DNA of 64,000 bases from a virus (lineage: Duplodnaviria > Caudoviricetes): IMG/VR virus record IMGVR_UViG_3300027819_000011, positions 4,706-68,705 of that record, one strand, 5' to 3'. This document shows, one piece after another, positions 63,387-64,000 of the stretch. Position 1 is the stretch's first letter, and every line of letters starts with the position of its first letter. Both the position numbers and the translations under genes were made by a program. The notes under the pieces were generated by a model. That model ran no database searches and was not told where the DNA came from. It worked only from the letters and a program-made list of their open reading frames with translations.

Positions 63387-64000
63387 TTATCCCCCTGCCT
63401 GCTGGTTAGGTTGCTGAACTGCTACGGTGTCCGGGACTCTGATTTCCTGCTCGTAATCCTTGCGCCTCATCCGGTGAATGTCGATAAGGTTCTGCGCCTC
63501 GGCAATGTATTCCTGATAATGGTTCCCCGCCGTCCGGTATCGCCGGACTTTCAAAAAGGCTTGAGACAATGCCTTGGGGAGAATAAGTGGATGGAATTCA
63601 GCGGGAATAAGCGGCTCGTCTGTGGTGTCCGACATGAGGTAATCCGGCCATTGCGAGATATGGACGTTCAGGATGTAGGTAGTCGCCCCCGGCTTGGGTT
63701 CCAGGATAATATCAGTCCCCCACTGGAAATAATACTGAGGCGCGGCACCGTTTAACGGGATATGCCCCAACATCTTCGGGGTGATTCCTTGTAATCCGAC
63801 GCGGTTGCCTGAACCCGGTTGATATTCCACGGCATTGACCTTGTAGCCCACAAAGGGCACTACGCGGGAACTTGCCGTTGTCGTAATCAGGACTTCGGTT
63901 TCGTAACATCCCGTCAGAATCGCGGCATGTCGTTGCCCATCGTTGAGAAACCGTTTGATTTCGGCGTCTGTCCATTTTAGGGCGGTAGGTTCTCCCAGGA
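63387..64000 (-). CDS. Adaptor-like protein (5' end beyond the window)
   Basis: Frame is open to the window edge: LGEPTALKWTDAEIKRFLNDGQRHAA...PLIPAEFHPLILPKA; paralogous to the 62140 C-terminus. Confidence 0.65.
   Translation of the reverse strand, partial: LGEPTALKWTDAEIKRFLNDGQRHAAILTGCYETEVLITTTASSRVVPFVGYKVNAVEYQPGSGNRVGLQGITPKMLGHIPLNGAAPQYYFQWGTDIILEPKPGATTYILNVHISQWPDYLMSDTTDEPLIPAEFHPLILPKALSQAFLKVRRYRTAGNHYQEYIAEAQNLIDIHRMRRKDYEQEIRVPDTVAVQQPNQQAGG

Noticed and set aside
1-64000. Genome-wide TAG recoding or amber suppression
   Set aside because: Long genes have no internal TAG and several genes end in TAG; the CTA in the 33058-33122 loop is not at anticodon positions.
1-64000. Integrase/att sites, IS elements, diversity-generating retroelement, rRNA
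   Set aside because: No tyrosine/serine recombinase, transposase, reverse transcriptase or rRNA sequence was recognised; lifestyle cannot be determined from this window.

Overview
The whole window reads as most of a tailed dsDNA phage genome, probably podovirus-like. No host housekeeping genes, integrase, repressor or DNA polymerase were recognised. Layout: (1-14.2 kb, minus) late operon with a winged-HTH gene, putative TerS, an FkbM methyltransferase, intein-split TerL, portal, scaffold, N4-gp56-type major capsid protein, head-tail adaptor, Gly/Ser/Thr-rich virion proteins and a GT4 glycosyltransferase that runs off the window edge; (14.2-15.6 kb) non-coding control region with repeated palindromes; (15.6-19.0 kb, plus) small early genes; (19.0-35.0 kb, minus) replication/recombination genes, one tRNA-Ser, two atypical tRNA-like elements and an HTH/PD-(D/E)XK endonuclease; (35.1-39.4 kb, minus) tail fibre and lysis genes; (39.6-52.5 kb, plus) a divergent RHH-led cluster for CDP-deoxysugar synthesis, methylation, glycosyl transfer and radical SAM chemistry; (52.6-64 kb, minus) ejection proteins (one with an ART-like domain), nozzle and two more adaptor paralogs. 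Three observations stand out. First, the TerL intein carries a complete HNH endonuclease cassette (promoter, RBS, ORF) on its antisense strand while staying open in the TerL frame. Second, short G-T/S-x-G-T/S loops recur in most outer virion proteins alongside a phage-encoded methyl-deoxysugar and glycosyltransferase pathway, suggesting a virion glycosylation system. Third, a duplicated ~75-nt leader with a covarying terminator stem sits in front of two late gene blocks. All family assignments come from recognising motifs by eye; no database searches were run.
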